Position numbers and translations under genes: made by a program
Source: the human T2T-CHM13v2.0 reference genome, Homo sapiens
Assembly (NCBI RefSeq): GCF_009914755.1
Contig: NC_060930.1
Reading direction: 5' to 3' (one strand)
Length of the DNA stretch: 64,000 bases
Shown here: in pieces, positions 54,542 to 64,000 of the stretch
Numbering within the stretch: the first letter of the stretch is position 1
Layout of the letters: each line of letters starts with the position of its first letter
The notes under the pieces: model-generated
Databases searched by the model: none
The model's input: only the letters and a program-made list of their open reading frames with translations
What the model was told of the DNA's origin: nothing

Positions 54542-57501
54542 GCCTATGGTGGAAAAGGAAATATATTCATATAAAAAGTAGACAAAAGCATTCTAAGAAA
54601 CTTCTTTCTGATGTGTGCATCCAACTCACAGAGGTGAACATTTCTTTTGATTGAACAGTTTAGAAACTGTCTTCTTGTTATATCTGTAAATTGATATTTG
54701 GGGCACTTTGAGGCCTAGAGGTGAAAAGGAAATATCTTCACATAAAACCTAGACAGAAACATTCTGAGAAACTTCTTTGTGACGTAAGCATTCATCTCAC
54801 AGATATTAACCTTTCTTTTGATTGAGCATTTCTGAAACACTCTTTTTGTAGCATCTGTAAGTGGATATTTGGGGTGCTTTGAGGCCTATGGTGGAAAAGG
54901 ATATATCTTAATATAAAAACTAGACAGAAGCATTCTCTGAAACTTTTTTGTGATGTGTGCATTCATCTCACAGAGTTGAACCTTTCTTTTCATTGAGCAG
55001 TGAAAATATCTTCACATAAAATATCTTCACATAAAAACTAGACAGAAGCACTCTCAGAAACTTCTTTGAGATGTTTGCATTCAACTCACAGAGTTGATAC
55101 TTTCTTTTGAGAGAGCCATTTTGAAACACTCTTTTTGTAATATCTGCAAATGGATATTTGGAGTGCTTTGAGGCCTATAGCTGAAAAGGAAATATCTTCG
55201 CAGAAAAACTAGACAGAAGCATTCTCAGAAACTTTTTTGTGATGTATGCATTCAACTCACAGTTTTGAAATTTTCTTTTGATTGAGCAGTTTGGAAACAC
55301 TCTTTTGTAGTATCTGCAAATGGATATTTGGAGCACTTTGAGGCCTATAGCTACAAAGGAAATATCTTCACATAAAAACTAGACAGAAGCATTTAGAGAA
55401 ACTTCTTTGTGATGTTTACATTCATCTCACAGAGTTGAACGTTTCTTTTGATTGAGCAGTTTTGAAACACTCTTTTTGTAGAGTCTGCAAGTGGATATTT
55501 GGAAAACTATGAGGTCTATGGTGGAAAAGGAAATATCTTCACATAAAAACTAGACAGAAGCATTCTCAGAAACTTTTTTGTGATGTGTGCAATCAACTCA
55601 CAGAGTTGAACCTTTCTTTCGATAGAGCTGTTTTAAAACACCCTTTTGGTAGTACCTGCAAAAACACATTTGGAGCTCTTTGAGACCTATAGCTGAAAAG
55701 GAAATATCTTCATATAAAAACTAGACAGAAGAATTCTGAGAATCTTCTTTGTGATGCGTGCATTCATCTCAGAGAGTTGAATCTTTCTTTTGGTTGAGCA
55801 GTTTTGAAACACTCTTTTTGTAGAATCCATAAGTGGAAATTGGGAGCGCTTTGAGTTCTGTAATGGAAAAGGAAATATCTTCACATTAAAATTAGATGGA
55901 AGCACTCTGAGAAACTTCTTTGTGATGTGTGCATTCATCTCAGAGAGTTGAACTTTTCTTTTGATTGAGCAGTTTTCAAACACCTTTTTTGTAGAATCTG
56001 GAAGTGGATATTTGGAGTGGTTTAAGTTTTGTGGTGGTTAAGGAAATATCTTCACATGAAAACTAGACAGAAGCATTCTCAGAAACTACTTTGTGATGTG
56101 TGCATTCAACTTACAGAGTTGAACCTTTCCTTTGATAGAGCAGTTTGGAAATACTCTTTTTGTAGTATGTGCAAAAGGATATTTGGAGCTCTTTGAGGCC
56201 TATAGCTGAAAAGGAAGTATCTTCATATAAAAACTAGAGAGAAAAATATTGAGAATCCTCTCTGTGATGCGTGCATTCATCTCTCAGAGTTGAACCTTTC
56301 TTTTGATTGAGCAGTTTTGAAACACTCTCTTTGTAGTATCCGTAAGTGGATGTTTGGAGTGCTTTGAGGCTTATTGTGGAAAAGTATATATCTTCATATA
56401 AAAACAAGACAAAAGCATTATCAGAAACTTTTTTGTGATGTATGCACTCAACACACGGAGTTGAACTTTTCTTTTGATTGAGCAGCTTGGAAACACTCTT
56501 TTTGTAATATCTGCAAATGGATATTTGGAGCCCTTTGAGACCTATAGCTAAAAAGGAAATATCTTCACATAAAAACTAGACAGAAGCATTCTCAGAAACT
56601 TCTTTGTGATGTGTGCATTCATCTTGTAGAGTTGTACCTTTCTTTTGATTGAGCAGTTTTGAAACACTCTTTTTGTAGAATCTGCAAGTGGATATTTGGA
56701 GCACCTTGAGGCCTATGTTGTAAAAGGAAACATCCTCACATAAAAACTAGACATGCTTCATTCTCAGCAACTTCTTTGAGGTGTGTGCATTCAACTCACA
56801 GAGTCGAACGTTTCTTTTGATTGAGCAGTTTGGAAACACTCTTTTTGTAATATCTGCAGATGGATATTTGGAGCACTTTGAGGCCTATACCTGAAATGGT
56901 AATATCTTCACATAAAAAGTAGATAGAAGCATTCTGAGAAACTTCTTTGTGATGTATGCATTCATCTCACAGAGTTGAACCTTTCTTTTGATTGAGCAGT
57001 TTTGAAACACTCTTTTTGTAGAATCTGCAAAAGGATATTTGGGGCGCTTTGAGGCCTATGTTGGAAAAGGAAATACCTTCACATAAAAACTAGACAGAAG
57101 CATTTCAGAAACTTTTTTGTGTTTTGTGCCTTCAACTCACAGAGTTGAACGTTTCTTTTGATTGAGCAGTTTGGAAACACTCTTTTTGTAGAATTTCCAG
57201 TTGGATATTTGGAGCGCTTTGTTTCCTATAGCTGAAAAGGAAATATCTTCACATAAAAATTAGACAGAAGCATTCTGAGAAACTACTTTGTGATGTGTGC
57301 ATTCATCTCACAGTGTTGAAACTTTCTTTTGATTGAGCAGTTTCGAAACACTCTTTTTGTAGAATTTGCAAATGAATATTTGGTGTGCTTTGAGTCCTGT
57401 GATGGAAAATGAAATATCTTCACATAAAAACCAGACAGTAGCATTCTCAGAAACTTCTTTGTGATGTGTGCATTCAACTCACAGAGTTGAACATTTCTTT
57501 T
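54542..57501 (+). repeat. Alpha satellite, younger non-HOR A-type layer (block 3a)
   Basis: Consensus changes to agacagaagcattctcagaaacttctttgtg...gagttgaac...gattgagcag...aacactctttt...ggaaatatcttcacat. pJalpha-like boxes (CTATGGTGGAAAAGGAA) are present and no CENP-B box was seen. Confidence 0.96.
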
Positions 57502-57731
57502 TTTTTTTAAATTTTATTTTATTATTACTATATTTTAAGTTTTAGGGTACATGTGCACAATGTGTGGGTTAGTTATATATGTATACAGGTGCCATGCTTC
57601 TGTGCTGCATCCATTAACTCGTCTTTTAGCATTAGGTATATCTCCTAAAGCTATCCGTCCCCCCTACCCCAACCCCACAGCAGTCCCCTGAGTGTGATGT
57701 TCCCTTTCCTGTGTACATGTGTTCTCATTGT

Positions 57732-61518
<3,787 letters not shown>

Positions 61519-61581
61519 TATGATGTTAGCTGGTTATTTTGCTCATTAGTTGATGCACTTTCTTCCTAGCCTCAATGATCT

Positions 61582-62598
61582 TTACAACTTGGCATGATTT
61601 TGCAGTGGCTGGTTCTGGTTGTTCCTTTCCATGTTTAGTGTTTCCTTCAGGAGTTCTTTTAGGGCAGGCCTGGTGGTAACAAAATCTCTCAGCATTTGCT
61701 TGTTTGTAAAGTATTTTATTTCTCCTTCACTTATGAAGCTTAGTGTGGGTGGATATGAAATTCTGGGTTGAAAATTCTTTTCTTTAAGAATGTTGAATAT
61801 TGGCCCCCACTCTCTTCTGGCTTGTAGAGTTTCTGCCGAGAGATCCCCTGTTAGTCTGATGGGCTTCCCTTTGTGGGTAACACGACCTTTCTATCTGGCT
61901 GCCCTTATCATTTTTTCCTTCATTTCAACTTTGGTGAATCTGACAATTATGTGTCTTGGAGTTGCTCTTCTCAAGGAGTATCTTTGTGGTGTTCTCTGTA
62001 TTTCCTGAATCTGAATGTTGGCCTGCCTTGCTGGATTGGGGAAGTTCTCCCGGATAATATCCTGCAGAGTGTTTTCCAACTTGGTTCCATTCTCGCCGTC
62101 ACTTTCAGGTACACCAATCAGACGTAGATTTGGTCTTTTCCCATAGTCCCATATTTCTTGGAGGCTTTGTTCATTTCTTCTTATTCTTTTTTCTCTAAAC
62201 TTCCCTTCTCACTTCATTTCATTCATTTCACCTTCCATCACTGATACCCTTTCTTCCAGTTGATGGAATCAGCTCCTGAGGCTTCTGCATTCTTCATGTA
62301 GTTCTCAAGCCTTGGCTTTCAGCTCCATCAGCTCTTTTAAGCACTTCTCTGTATTGGTTATTCTAGTTATACATTTGTCTAATTTTTTTTCAAAGTTTTC
62401 AACTTCTTTGCCTTTGGTTTGAATTTCCTCCTGTAGCTCAGAGTAGTTTGATCATCTGAAGTCTTTTTCCCTCAACACGTCAAAGTCATTCTCCATCCAG
62501 CTTTGTTTTGTTGCTGGTGAGGAACTGCATTCCTTTGGTGGAGGAGAGGCACTCTGCTTTTTAGAGTTTCCAGTTTTTCTGCTCTGTTTTTTCCCCAT
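61582..62598 (-). pseudogene. ORF1: L1 ORF1p, disrupted
   Basis: ATGGGGAAAAAACAG at 62598 to TAA at 61582 spans 1017 nt, the canonical length, but is not open. Fragment ENTLQDIIRENFPN...RATPRHIIVRF. Confidence 0.9.
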
Positions 62599-63620
62599 CT
62601 TTGTGGTTTTATCTATTTTTGGTCTTTGATGATGGTGGTGTACTGATGGGTTTTTGGTGTAGATGTCCTTTCTGTTGTTAGTTTTCCTTCTAACAGACAG
62701 GACACCCAGCTGCAGGTCTGTTGGAGTTTGCTAGAGGTCCACTCCAGACCCTGTTTGCCTGGGTACCAGCAGCAGTGGCTACAGAACAGCGGATTTTCAT
62801 GAACAGTGAACACTGCTGTCTAATCGTTCCTCTGGACGTTTTGTCTCAGAGGAGTACCCAGCCGTGTGAGGTGTCATTCTGCCCCTTCAGGGGGGTGCCT
62901 CCCTGTTAGGCTGCTCTGTGGTCATTAGTCAGGGACTCACTTCAGGAGGCAGTCTGCCCATTCTCAGATCTCCATCTGTGTGCTGGAGAACCACTGTTCT
63001 CTTCAAAGCTGTCAGAAAGGGACATTTAAGTCTACAGAGGTTTCTGTTGTCTTTTTGCTTGTCTGTGCCCTGCCTCCAGAGGTGGAGCCTAAGAGGCAGG
63101 CAGGCCTCCTTGAGCTGTGGTGGGTTCCACCCAGTTTGAGCTTCCTGGCTACTTTATTTACCAAAGCAATCCTTGGCAATGGCAGACCCCACTCCCCCAG
63201 CCTTGCTGCCGCCTTGCAGTTTGATCTCAGACTGCTGTGTCAGCAATCAGTGAGACTCCATGGACTTAGGATCCTCTGAGCCATGTGCAGGATATAATCT
63301 CCTGGTGCACCGTTTTTTAAGCCCTTCAGAAAAGCGCAGTGTTGGGGTCGAAGTGACCCAGTTTTCCAGGTGCTGTCTGTCACCCCTTTCTTTGACTAGG
63401 AAAGGGAACTCCCTGACCCCTTGCACTTCCTGAGTGAGGCAATGCCTCACCCTGCTCTGGATCATGCATGGTGCACTGCACCCACAGTACTGAACCCACT
63501 GTCTGGCACTCCCTAGTGCTATGAACCTGGTACCTCAGGTGGAAATGCAGAAATCACCCATCTCTGCATAGCTCACGCTGGGAGATGTAGACTGGAGCAG
63601 TTCCTATTCAACCATTTGGC
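62599..63620 (-). promoter_or_regulatory. L1 5'UTR internal promoter (CpG-decayed, YY1 site mutated)
   Basis: Sense end CCAAATGGTTGAATAGG versus consensus CCAAGATGGCCGAATAGG. It retains the ~129-bp segment at ~62723-62851. Confidence 0.8.
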
Positions 63621-63629
63621 GCTGTCACA

Positions 63630-64000
63630 TGAGCCTTTCTTTTGATTGAGCAGTTTGGAAACACTCTTTTTGTAGTATCTGCAAATGAATATTTGGAGTG
63701 CTTTGAAGCCTACAGCTGAAAAGGAAATATCTTCACATAAAAACTAGACAGAAGAATTCTGAGAAACTTCTTTGTGATGTGTGCATTCATCTCACAGAGT
63801 TGAACGTTTCTTTTGATTGAGCAGTTTTGAAACACTCTTTTTGTAGAATCTGCAAGTGCATATTTGGAGTGCTTTGCAGCCTATGGTGGATAAGGAAATA
63901 ACTTTACATAAAAGCTAGACAGAAGCATTCACAGAAACTTCTTTGTGATATGGCCTTCCAACTCACAGAGTTGAACAGTTCTTTTGATTGAGCAGTTTGG
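63630..64000 (+). repeat. Alpha satellite, younger layer (block 3b), running off the window edge
   Basis: Continues block 3a in register after the L1 TSD. Confidence 0.96.

Noticed and set aside
12540-57500. Dozens of 60-120 aa ORFs with recurring motifs (KLSEKLLCDVCIHLTEL, SAVWKHCFC), superficially like a Cys/His repeat-protein family
   Set aside because: They are chance frames of the 171-bp alpha monomer (divisible by 3), with scattered stops and no gene structure.
63179-63253. L1 antisense ORF0
   Set aside because: The ATG is present at 63179, but an in-frame TGA at 63251 (CGA to TGA) truncates it after 24 codons.

Overview
Primate, most likely human, genomic DNA at a chromosome arm-to-pericentromere transition. 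I found no intact protein-coding gene, RNA gene or CRISPR array. Every long ORF is a decayed L1 or HERV-K fragment, or a chance frame in a satellite or microsatellite. Layout: (1) AT-rich arm-type sequence with old repeats, 1-4.65 kb. (2) A 5'-truncated L1PA4-like element, 4.65-8.53 kb, fused to the last ~40 bp of a MER11 LTR and a HERV-K11/HML-8 gag-pro-pol fragment that is cut off inside RT by alpha satellite at ~12.54 kb. (3) Divergent, CENP-B-box-less dimeric (~343-bp) alpha satellite to ~54.54 kb. It switches strand at ~41.73 kb and carries a two-LTR HERV-K9/HML-3 provirus (21.29-28.29 kb) and two short L1PA2/3 inserts. (4) An abrupt out-of-register change to a younger-type alpha layer containing a full-length L1PA3-like element (57.50-63.63 kb). 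I see no evidence of a new protein-based system. The most interesting signals are structural and evolutionary: relic higher-order periodicity and progressive decay of the dimer, a cryptic A/B alternation in the younger layer, a compound deletion-built arm/satellite boundary, a hairpin at the strand switch, a probable gene-conversion patch, and an old ~111-bp duplication in HML-8 gag matrix. Repeat subfamily names come from recalled consensus sequences and need RepeatMasker/Dfam confirmation.
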